From Patellaria atrata CBS 101060 (Eukaryota), in assembly GCA_010093705.1 (NCBI GenBank), contig MU006094.1, positions 1 through 46,249 of the forward strand: 46,249 nt of DNA, given 5' to 3'. A program made the position numbers and the translations under genes. Under the pieces are notes generated by a model. It was not told where the DNA came from and ran no database searches. It saw nothing but the letters and a program-made list of their open reading frames with translations. This document shows, piece after piece, positions 22,339 to 33,700 of this stretch; position 1 is the first letter of the stretch, and each line of letters begins with the position of its first letter.

Positions 22339-23993
22339 ATGGCTGACGTTGCAACCACTTCCACCGGGAAGTCAAAAGGCCCGTCCATTGCGAGACCCGA
22401 CAAGCCGGATGAGGAGCAGTACAAGACTGATCTAACTAAGGCAGAGAAGGAGCATGCTGCATCACAGGAGAAATTAGTAGGTCGAAACCACCTTCCTGAA
22501 CCTGTAAAGTCAAGTCGAATCATGGTAGCGTTTAACATATCCTAGAACGCAATTAAAGCCAAAGTAAACAATGCTCAACCCGCAAATAAGGACTCTCCAG
22601 CAGCGAAGAGACAACAGGAACTTCGAGCAGAACTTGCTTCGATACGACAGCAACAGCAAGGGTTTAAGACGTCCCGCACCAGTGTCCTCGAGAAGATCAA
22701 GAAGCTCGATGAACAATTGAAATCTAGAATCAACGAGGACAAGACTGCTAGAGGTCGTGTCAATTTCAAGAGTGTGGAAGAAGTTGATCGCGAGATCCAG
22801 AGACTGCAGAAACAGGTCGATACCGGAGCAATGAAACTTGTCGACGAGAAAAAGGCCCTTGCGGACATTAGCTCATTGCACAAGCAGAGGAAGGGCTTCG
22901 CAGGATTTGATCAGGCCAAGAAAGGGATCGACAGTCTCAAGGGGGAGATTGCTGAGTTGCGCAAGCAGCTTGATGACCCTGAATCCAAGGCACTCAGCGA
23001 CAAATATACCGCGATTCAGAAGGAACTTGATGAAATCAAGTCCGAGCAAGACAGTGCGTTCAAGAGTCTTAACTCACTCAGAGACGAGCGGTCAAAAGCT
23101 CAGGCAGAGCAGCAGGAAAAGTATATTGCGCTGAAGGAAATCAAAGATAAGTATTTCCAGGCAAAACGAGCCTACCGTGACTACGAACAGGAACTCTATA
23201 AACAAAGAAAGGAGAAGCAACGGCAAGAGCAGGAAGCCTACATCGCCGGTAAGCGCAAGCAAGTCGCCGCTCAAAAACTAGAGGAGGCCAGTGCACCTGC
23301 GTATCAAGACGAGATCCGCACCGCCGAGGGACTCATTCGTTATTTCGATCCTGACTCCTTAGAATCCAAAGAAGAGGTTGGTCCGGGAAAGTTTGCCGCT
23401 TCTGCTCAACGCACTGTTGATGACTCTGGCATCAAGGGGACACGTCTTGTCAAGAAGCAAGACGATGACTACTTTCAGGGCACCGGTGGGAAGAAATCAA
23501 AGAAGAACAAGAAATCGGGTGGAGCAACTTCTTCCTCGAGCGAGAGTAAATTCAACCTTAGTATTGGTGTCATCGAGCAATTAGCCCAGGTCGGTATCGA
23601 TCCACCATCGAATCAAGCCGACGTCCCCTCTGTTGTTGAGAAAATCAAGAGCAAGTTAGAGACTTGGAAGAAGGACCAGGAGCAAAAGACGAAAGAGGTG
23701 AGTGCCGGTGATATGTTTAGTAGGAAACTTACACTAACGGCTCATAGAATATCGCAAAAGCTCAAAAGGAAATCGATCGTCTAGAGACAGAAGCGTCATC
23801 AAGTTCCCCTATTGGTACCACGGATGATCGCAGCAAGGATCTTGGGAATAAGCCTGCTGCCGCAAACCTGGGTATTAACGGCAAGGTTGATAGTGAAGCT
23901 GAACTAAGACAGGAGAAAGACGCTGAAATAGACGTCGCTGAAGAACTGGAGAAGGCTAAGATTGAGGACGCTGAAGACGCTACTGCTTCTTAG
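22339..23993 (+). CDS. BFR1: Nuclear segregation / polysome-associated coiled-coil protein Bfr1
   Basis: Exons 22339-22476, 22546-23697 and 23748-23993 splice in frame. Motifs RPDKPDEEQYK, FKSVEEVDREIQRL..VDTGAMKLVDEKKAL, DDDYFQGTGGKKSKK and FNLSIGVIEQL. Confidence 0.9.
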
Positions 23994-24696
23994 ACGCTGA
24001 TCTATCTTGCGGGCATTCAAGGTCTGTACGGTGGGGGGATATGATATTCAAAAGTTCGGTCCAGATTGGATGGACATGACAGGTGCACTTGTTTCTATTT
24101 AATTTCATACAGGGGTTCTTCTTTCCGTCTGCATATTCTGCTTTCTGAAGCAATGGAGATTATTATCATTGTCGATACCTAAGGTAAGGGAAATTACGAA
24201 TCTATCAATTCAAACCTGGTCTTCCTATTATGGACCCCGTATTCCGGATGTAGAATGGGCTTACCTTAATTTTCGTCTACCTTACTAAGTTTGAAACTAA
24301 AACTTGACACATTGTTTTACGGATTTGTGAGACAATTTGGGCTTCCTTGTAGTGTGATGTAGCTGTTGTACAGAAGGAGAGTACAATGTCGTCATAATGC
24401 CCTCTCGTCTGATGCACCGAGGGGTCCATTTCGAACAGCATAAAATGGCCCCTCCTCACTCCTTACCACATCGTTATATCTTCCATATACCAAATCTGAT
24501 TTCCTGACTGTCTAATACTTTCGGTGAGTTCTAACTTTGCCAAATTTCTCTTAAACTTCTTCGGCCTCATTGTTGTAAACAATTGCTTGCTCTAAGCTCT
24601 CGACCATCACTCACCAGTATCGCTAGAACCAGAACCTTAGACCTACAATAGATCAAAACTTACTACCGCCAAACAACACATACCACGCCATCCAAA

Positions 24697-25471
24697 ATGT
24701 CGTACAGCAACACAGACACCGGCGGCAAGACCGCAGACCCATACACACAGAAGAACCTTCAAGATCCTCCCTTGAAGGAGAAGGTCGAGGATCTCATTAG
24801 ATTCGTCGAGAAGAGCAAGTTCTGCTTGATGACTACACGTATAGCCGACAGCGGCCTGCTCGTATCGAGGTGCATGGCATTGGCTGCTCAGGTGTGTGGA
24901 ACCCCTCTCAAAGACCATTTCAATTTTCTCCCTGCGCTCATCTGGTCTCCACGTACCTTTCACCACCACCACCACCACCAGCCGTTACCTTTCTCGCCCC
25001 TCCTTCACTTAAATGTGCAGAACGTATGCTGACACCTACTAGGAAGGCAACGGCGTCGACCTCATCTTCCACGCCAACTCTGAATCCGGCAAGACCGACG
25101 ACATCGCCGGCGACAACGACGTCAACCTCGGCTTCCTCAACAACTCCGGCGAATGGGCTTCCATCTCTGGCCGTGCCTCTGTCATCTCCGACCGTGACAC
25201 CGTGCGCAAGTACTACTCACAAGCATTGAAAGCTTGGATCGGAGATCTTGGAGACGGCACCCACGACGGCGGCCCCGACGACCCGAGAGTCATTGTGATC
25301 AAGGTGAAGGCCGTGACCGCACAATACGCGGTTAGCAACAAGACGATGATCGGCGGCATAGTGGATGTCGCGAAGGGTGCGATTACCGGGGAGGTACCGA
25401 CGGTGAATAAGTTGAGGTATTTGGGCGAGGAAGAGTTGGCGCAGTGGCGCTCTGCGGGTTCTTCTTCTTAG
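24697..25471 (+). CDS. bli-3: BLI-3-like blue-light-induced protein (pyridoxamine-oxidase-like FMN-binding split barrel)
   Basis: Exons 24697-24891 and 25043-25471. Sequence MSYSNTDTGGKTADPY..KFCLMTTR..LVSRCMALAAQ|EGNGVDLIFHANSESGKTDD..LKAWIGDLGDGTHDGGPDDPR. Confidence 0.9.
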
Positions 25472-25726
25472 AGGAACTAATAAAAACTTAGGCCTCCAGG
25501 GGTAATCATGAAGATACGATCCAACATTCATCATTGGAGCTGGGGAGCTTCCGGAAAATGTGTTTACTTGCATAAATACACAAATGGAATCAATGACTTT
25601 ACCATATGCTTCTCATTGCTTAGCCCTATCTATTCTACGAACTCTATCCCATTATCCCGTAAACTCAACCCGATCTATGCAAGCAGTTTGATAGAAGTAA
25701 TCTCCCATTCGAACTCCAATATCCGC

Positions 25727-28700
25727 TCAACCTTCTCTGCCCTTCCTATCAACCCTCTCAAACACCTCCAAAAACACCTCCATCCACCTCCCCAATCTCT
25801 CTCCAACCCCGACCTCGGGCTTCCTTAACACCCTCTCCACGACCTCCCTCACCCTCCCCCTAAGCATCTTAACCGCAACCATGACGCGCAAATCCGGCAA
25901 CGCGAACCTCACCCTATTCCCATCCAGCACGACGACGCCCGCGTGCATCTTGAACTCGACCTCCCCGGCGCCGAGTAGGAGCGCGAAATCCTGCACCGCG
26001 GACGTGTGGTGCGCGTTGTAGAATTTGCTCGACTGCATGATGGAGTAGTACGAGACGAATTTGAGGTTGTTTTGGGTCGCTTTGTTGACGGAAGTCGGGT
26101 GCAGAGAGACGGATTGGTTGTTCGCGATGTTGCGCCATCCCTTGCCGTCGCGGGCGAGGAGTTTAGGGTGGAAGGCGTATGCCACGAGTGCGTTGATCAG
26201 GACGTCGTTCGCGGTGTGGGTGTTGTAGGGTGCGGGGACGGGGACGAAGGCGCGGGGGTGGGCGCCGGGACGGACGCGGGAGAGAGATGTTCGATCCGAG
26301 GGGGAGAGGGTGAGGAGGTTCGCGTCGAGGAGGGAGGAGAGGAGCTGTGCTTTTAGGTCTTCGATGTTGGAGAGATTTTGCGGGGAGAGGAAGTTCTTTT
26401 TGCAGAATTGGTGTTCGGAGTGTCCTGGTGTGGTGCAGACGCGACGCCAAGCACTGTAGGCGTTATAGGCGGTTAGGAGGTCGGAGTCGCCTTTTTTGAA
26501 GCCGAGGCGGATTGTGTCTGCTCGTTGACGGGCACCGAGGGGGGTTATAAAAGGGGATTTGGAGGATAGGATCGCGGCGATGGTGAGAGCGACGTCGAGA
26601 GTGCCGAAGAGGGAGCCGAGAAGGACGAGTTTGCCTAGTATGGCATCCAGAGGGAGTTTAGCTAGTTGGCGACCGAGGGGGGTAAGTTCTTCGGAAGGAG
26701 TGAGTGCATCGACTTCGATGAGGGCGTCTATTGCGCGCTGGATGTTCTTTGCGGAGGGGGGATCGAGTGCTTCTGAGAGGGTCTGGGCTATATCGCCCAG
26801 TTTGCAAATTTTGACTCGCATTACTAAGTCTTGGAGGGATAGGCGGAGCATTTCGGGGGTTTGTTGCTCGGCCATGAGCGTGTCGTGGCGGTATTTGGTG
26901 AAGAGGTGAAAGCAGAGACCCTCTTGTACTCTTCCAGCTCGACCACGTCGTTGTTTTGCGTTGGCGCGAGAAATGAAGGATTGAATTAGACGTGAAAGTT
27001 GCCGACGCTCATCGAACCGCATTTCCTTGTGTTTACCGGTGTCTATGACGCAGGTGATATCCGGAATGGTGATTCCGGTTTCCGCTATATTTGTTGCTAG
27101 AACTATTTTCCTGAAACCAGGGGGAGGTACGACGAAGGCTTGTTGTTGATCTTCACTTGAGACGGTTGAGTGAAGTGGATAGATGAACCATTGTTCACTA
27201 AATGACTTATGTGCTAAGAGCATGTCATTCAATTTGCGAATCTCAGCTATACCCGGGAGAAAGATGAGGATAGCTTGACTGTATTGTATGTAGGTCGGAT
27301 CGGAAGCAATTCTATCGATGAGTTTGATTATGAGGTTATAGTCTATGCGATACTCTTCGTATATCGCAAGTGTCTTCCTCGTGTTCGAACTATAGCCCTG
27401 AAGTTGGATAGAATTTGTAGACTTTGAGTCTTGAGCCAAATCATCGTCATCATCTGACAGATCAACTTCCTGAGTCTGACTATCTACTGAATGACCTGTA
27501 AGTTCGATAGCGTCTTCGAGAAATCTTGCTTCGACCGGGAAGGTTCTTCCAGGTACTGTAACGATAGGAGCACCATCTAGATAGCTAGAGAACCGCTCCG
27601 CATCTACTGTAGCACTCATCAAGATGACTTTGAGTTCCGGTCTTCGTATCATCAACGAGCGTAGTACTATAAGAAGGAAGTCTGTATCAATACTTCTTTC
27701 GTGTACTTCATCGATTATGAGATGGGTAATGTCTGAAAGACCTTTTGCTCCTTCTAGCATCCTCAGTACAATGCCAACAGTAGCGTAAATAAGGCGAGTC
27801 TGAGCAGCGATATGAGATTCTAGGCGAATGGCATATCCAACCAACGATCTTGAGGTCCCAACATCATTCCTATGCTCACCCAACTCTTCGCTCACGCGCT
27901 GAGCTAATGAGATTGCTGATATACGCCGCGGCTCGGTACAGTATATTTTACATGATCTAGAATTAGACAGTTCATGCTCTAAAACGTATGCTGGAAGCTG
28001 TGTGCTCTTGCCGCAGCCGGTTTCTCCACAAAGTATCGCGACTTGGTGACGGCTGATAGTGGATAATATTGTGTCCCTGAACTGGAAAATAGGCAAGCTG
28101 GACCGTACTGAGAGCATCTTTTGGTAGGATGGAGTAGATGACTTCTTCGCCCAAATTTCTCTATATGCTTCGGGATCGTTAAGAATGCCTCCATTTGGTA
28201 CATCTTGCGTTGGCCCAGGGGTCTGAGCATTCGCCAGTTTATTCCTGGCTCTGAGTGCACTTGTCAGGACGACATCTTCATCGTCTTCTGTAGATGTATG
28301 TGCTTGGATAAGCTTCCTAAAATTTTTGATGGTCTCGCGATCGAGACTGTCCGTTCGATCCTTTCTGAACTCAACCAATTCTGACCAAAAGTCTCTCCAA
28401 TTAGGGGGAAGCCGGAGGTACACTTTTTCCTCCTTGGGGGAGTTGGAGAAAAGATAAAAGAGAGCGACAGTACAGATAAATGATTCGCTTTGCTGGATAT
28501 CCGGGGTAGCTATATCTACCATAGAGAAGGCCACTGAGCGAGAAAAGGTCTCTGTCGATATCCCCGGAAAGCTGGGAATAGATACACCATCATTGTCTTT
28601 GGACCATATAATAGTCACTGAATGTCTGCTTGCATATGTCGTTGGTGAAATAAGCTTCAGAATTATTTTGGATGTAGATTCTCTATACTCTTATTAGTTA

Positions 28701-30377
28701 CAATACGACATTCCTATACATAGACTAACCTAGAGCGACAAGCTTCCTCTAAAACTCTCCTGGGACTTAATCCGCCGGTAGACTTTCCAAAATCCCGTAT
28801 TGTGACACCTTTGCTCTTACTATTACCTGGGTTTGTATCTTCATGCGACGTTTCTGTGATTTCCATGCCTGCCCCAAACATGTCACTCATACCAACTAAG
28901 TCTTCTTCATCCGTGAGGGTTCCACTATGTACGGGGAGTTCATCCACACTTGGAGGATCTTGCGGTACATTGTTAGCTACGCAATTTTGCGGCGTATTTT
29001 GTTGGCTCGACTTCTTTCTTATGTCTAGGTTGAGTTTCATACGTGCAGTCTTTTCTTGCGCGAGGAGATTTCGCTTCGGTATCCAAAGCGCCTGAGCTTC
29101 GTCTTTGTCGAACAATATATCTGTTTCGATTTGCTGTAGTTGTCTCAAGAGCTTTGAGATTCCCGGGGAGGACGGAACGGATGATACGCTGGTGCCTTGG
29201 CTTTTTCTCTTCGACTTGGTAACTTTGGAGGCCTGGTCCTCTCCAAATTCCGGATTTATATCAAATAAGCGGCTCTTAATCTTGAGATATGTTGACAACA
29301 GTTCATCTGGTTCAAGATCACTGTCCAGATCGCTAACCTCGATATCCTCTGTAGCCGAAAGGGGAAAAGAGCCTTTGTGATAACTTGGTAACGGGGATTG
29401 AGTTTCATTCTCCTCCAATTGGGCCTGCAGCAACTTCGGTGCTTCTTTGGTAGGGGACTCTGTACACTTATATTAGATCTATACGTTTCCTTATCGAACA
29501 CAATTACTCAGATTCCCAATTTAGCCTTGTATCTGGCCGGGACTGAGATCTTGTAAGGACTCATATGGCAATCTCTTCAAGTAATACGGTAACTAGGTAC
29601 TTCTATTCCTCCGCACCAGGATAAAGGGTCAAGCTTACCTGGTCTTGAATTCGGTTGAGAGGTCTCAGCTGATCGATTTATAAGAGCATCATACGGTCTG
29701 ATCTCCTCCGGTTCACCGTGCAATGCAAGCCACTCCAAACTCTCTTGGAGGCCCCATGGCTGAGCACTGGACTCTGGAGGCTGATTTGCTAAGATATACT
29801 CAAGAACAGACCTTCTGCGGTCTTCTGAAAATCTAAGTTCTGCTAGGATAATATCTAGTGTCCAAAGTCTACTGACTAGATCATCTTCTGGTATTCTTTT
29901 GGCCTGAGAAATCGGAGTCGGTATTGAAGACATATCAGCAATATATCCTTGAGCGAGGTCAAGGATTGTCAATACAAGATTGTTGGGAAGCCAGTCGTTT
30001 ATACGAAGAGTATACGCTTGTCCTCTAAGAAGCCTGCGTTCTGTTTGAAGCTTGGAGATATGGCGGGTGGCATCTTTGCGAGCTTTTGCGGCATATTTTT
30101 CTACAGCAATTTGAAGATCGTTTCTCTCCAGCTGCTCCTCAAGCTCTTCTGGAGTTAATTCCTGCAACTCTTTGGTTTCAGAGCTACGAGCTTTGGCACT
30201 TAGGTCAACTGTATCTTCAGAGGCTATGGAAGTTGGGGCAGTATTTGGGGCAGCCGTTCCAGAGATGTCCGTGGAGTTATTTACCGTCTCTGCCTTTGGT
30301 TTGCTCGCGATTGAAGTGGTTGCAAAGCCTCTAGCCGGATTTGCGGCTGGCTTCTTCTTCTTTTTGTTTGGTGCCAT
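25727..30377 (-). CDS. DHX29: DEAH-box ATP-dependent RNA helicase, DHX29-like
   Basis: Exons 30377-29639, 29459-28730 and 28682-25727 join in frame. Motifs GETGCGKSTQ, TEPRRISA, DEVHER, MSAT, ATNIAETGITI and QRRGRAGR, followed by HA2/OB regions. The N-terminus MAPNKKKKKPAANPARGFATTS is typical of fungal DHX29 orthologues. Confidence 0.88.
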
Positions 30378-30753
30378 GATATTACGCGTTTATCATCTGT
30401 GTATCTGTAGGCTTACAGCGAGTTCGACGTTATATTAGTTTAACCTATGGAATTGCTAGTCCAAGAGAGAACCTTCTCTGTCGCAGCTAGTTGATATAGG
30501 TACAGAATAACCAAACTGCGGGTTTGGGAATCCGTTTTTAACTTCTTCTAAAAGAGAGGAGTTACTTTGTTGATTTAGGTTCAAATACAGTACCTTTAAG
30601 GTACTTTGTTGTTGTCACCGCCCCTCGCTTCCGGTCACCGTAGGAAAATAAAGCCCCCGCGAAATCTTGCCATGTTAGAAAACTACATATCAACCGCGAT
30701 TTTGGAATAATAGTTAAGAGGTGATATACACCTCGGGTTCCCATGTTACGACG

Positions 30754-33700
30754 ATGGCGGAGGAGCAGGTTAACGGGGCCTATAAGCTCGACCGTGAGAA
30801 AGTGCGGAACGACCTCTTTACGAGCAGGACCAAAGTGAGGATATCCGAATTGAATAACCTCAATGCGCTTTTGATAGATGACGGTGAGAGCTGCTCAGCC
30901 ATAACGATACAATTGAAGATATACATAACTAATGTTTATTGTATTTAGACATATCTGACCCTGAAATTCGGCTCCTTATTCAATTTTTCTTCGACACCCA
31001 TCCACTCTATATTGACGGAGAATCTCGACGGGCGGTGGATGAATGCTTGAAAACACTCGTGCTTGGTCCCAAGGCACAACAATTCATACCTCTCTTTGTA
31101 GAGTCCATAGTGCAAGAATCTCGCAAGACTAGTATCGCCTCATCCAATGCTCTTCGTCTTCTGGAATGGTGTTCCCTCCTACTCCAGCTTTTCTCCGACA
31201 ACACCACACTTTGGGATAAATGGGGCATAACTGTGGTTGGTGCCACTGCAAATCTCCTGGAAACATGCTTAGGCGTAGATTCGCGCGACGTACAGAAGCA
31301 TACTGGTAAACCAGACACTAATCGCGCTTTGCGGCAACAACATGGGGCTTTAGTTGTCAGCCGTCGGGCACTTCGCAGAGTATTCAGATCTAAAGATTTT
31401 GGCCATAACGCTATAAATACCATAGTAACAGCTCTTACAAGCAAGGGATCGTCTTCATCGATTCGAAACGCCCCATTATTAGGCGTCGTTGCAGGTGTAA
31501 GTGCCCGGATAGATACCGCCAGCCCAACCTTAACAGAGAGGAAACAAGACTACTTCACTTTTTACGTTAGAGAGATTCTAAGTTCTCGGGTTGTGCTTCC
31601 AAGGCATATCGCTAATGCTCTGCGAGACTTTTTCGAATCATTTACTATCATAGAAGATCTTCAAAAGGAGATTGTTCCTGCAGTTGAAAAGGGGCTTTTG
31701 AGAGCTCCGGAAGTCCTACTTAATGATCTCGTAACCCCTTTAGTACAATCTCTTGCTGCTGACATTGACTTAACTGTCATTCTACAAAAGAATTTGCTCA
31801 AACCGCTCCTCTCTAATATCAAATCCTCTAATCCTACTATTCGAACGGGTGCTTTATCTGCATTCGAGGCAATCGCAGCTCGGTGTAACAATGAAGAAGT
31901 ACTTAGTAAAATTGCAGACGAGATTTTGAATCCATTGAAGCAATCCAAAGTAACTACTACGGAACAAAAGATTATACATGCCCAAATGCTTTCGGCCCTC
32001 AAACCCTCAACGTTGATGGCCAAGAAGATACCTTCCGGCCTGGCTCCTGTTGCACTTAAAGAAGCGAACGAATCTGCCGCTGCTGCTGAGATACGGGCAA
32101 TGTCTGAACATCTTGGTTTTTGCCTCCATCAAGGGCTGGAGATCGAAAACGCGGTTGTCGATACTTTTACAAAAGGGCTCGTGGACAAGAGACCACCGAT
32201 TCGCAAGCTATGGGCGTTAAGAGCTGGTGACTTGCTGTGGAATCTAACAGCTGCGGAGCTTCGACAGCCTAATGCTATCAAATTTGAGACAGCAATAATG
32301 GGAAAACTTCTTGATATATGGACTGAAATCATTGCTAATACACTTCCGGCTTTGCAGAACGGGATAGTCACAGTGGCATACGTCGTAGCAGCTCTTGGTC
32401 TTGCAAAGCTCAACACTACTGAGGATACACAGATCAAGTCATTGATACAGAAAGCTGCCATTACCAAATATTCACTTGTAGCTGAACCAAAACCATCATT
32501 TCTTCTTAACCCTCGTGTCTACACTAAGATACATGCAAAGGAAGACACAATTTGGATATTACGAGCACTTCTCGCGACCACCCAGGACGCTATCAATGTG
32601 ACGCAACCTAGTGTTCAGGAAGGTTGGGCCCAGGTAGTGATATTCTTTGTAGTGGCTGCAGATGTGCCTCCCGTTGTACGATTAGAAGCTAGAAGACAGC
32701 TTACGCTGGCTTACGCCTCCGAGCCAGGATCAATCGGTCAAATTATAATAAAAGCATTATGGCTCTGGCATCGAAACGTCGAAGAAAACGAGAAGGACTC
32801 CCCAGGCGTATCTTCTAAGACTGGTTGCACCGAACTTTATAAAGTGGTGCGCAGCATATGCTTATCTTCTGATGAAGCTTCGGAACTGCAAGTGGATGTA
32901 CCGCGCTCGATTATAACCAATCAACTGATTGATTTACTTGTCCTATCTCGATCGGAGATTATTCCTCGAATTTCTTGGATTGAACTTTGCCTTAGGACGG
33001 GAGTAGATCCTGGAAACCTTGTCAGACAGGAGCCCCAGAAATGTCTAGAACAGGTCCTTGAGAAAGCTGAAGTAAGGCTCAAAACTCTCAATCTTATGCA
33101 TCCTACTAATTGAATATGAAGTCAAAATCTGCAGTTGTCAGGAGAGCGGCGTATAGTAGTGCCGCAGACCTAGCATTCGTTGCCCCTGAAACCGCCATTC
33201 CACTATTAATCAGGCAACTCGAGTCTGATCTCGATCCTGCCCAACTCGATGCGATTGGGCCTACAGAAGCTGCAATTTATCGTACTCCAGAGGGGTCTAC
33301 CTTTATTGATGTTCTCTCCGCTAAAGGCCAAAATCAAACCATAGATAAAAGTGCGAAAGATTATGATACATTAAAATGGGAGGAAGAGCTTAGAGCTCAA
33401 TTAGCACAGAAGAGAGGCCAGTCAAGAAAATTGACGGCAACTGAACAAACTAAAGTAAACGTCCAGCTAGCAAAGGAAGCAGAGATCCGCAAACAGGTTT
33501 CACTCATTGAGTCTAAGTTACGCCGTGGCGTTGGTATCATAGAAAGTTTAGCTAGAGGACCTCGAGCAGAGTCTATCCCCTGGCTCGGCCCTGCTGTTGA
33601 ACTTCTATTCCGTATCATTGTTTCTGGCGCAGGCCTTCTCCTTGGAGAAGCAGCTACGTCAGTTTACCTCCTATGCTCAGACCTTATTTCATTCCGACTC

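Noticed and set aside
24892..25042. bli-3 intron (GTGTGT donor, internal CAG, (CAC)n tract) as a possible stwintron
   Set aside because: Removing an internal intron would leave an external intron of only about 24 nt, which is too short.
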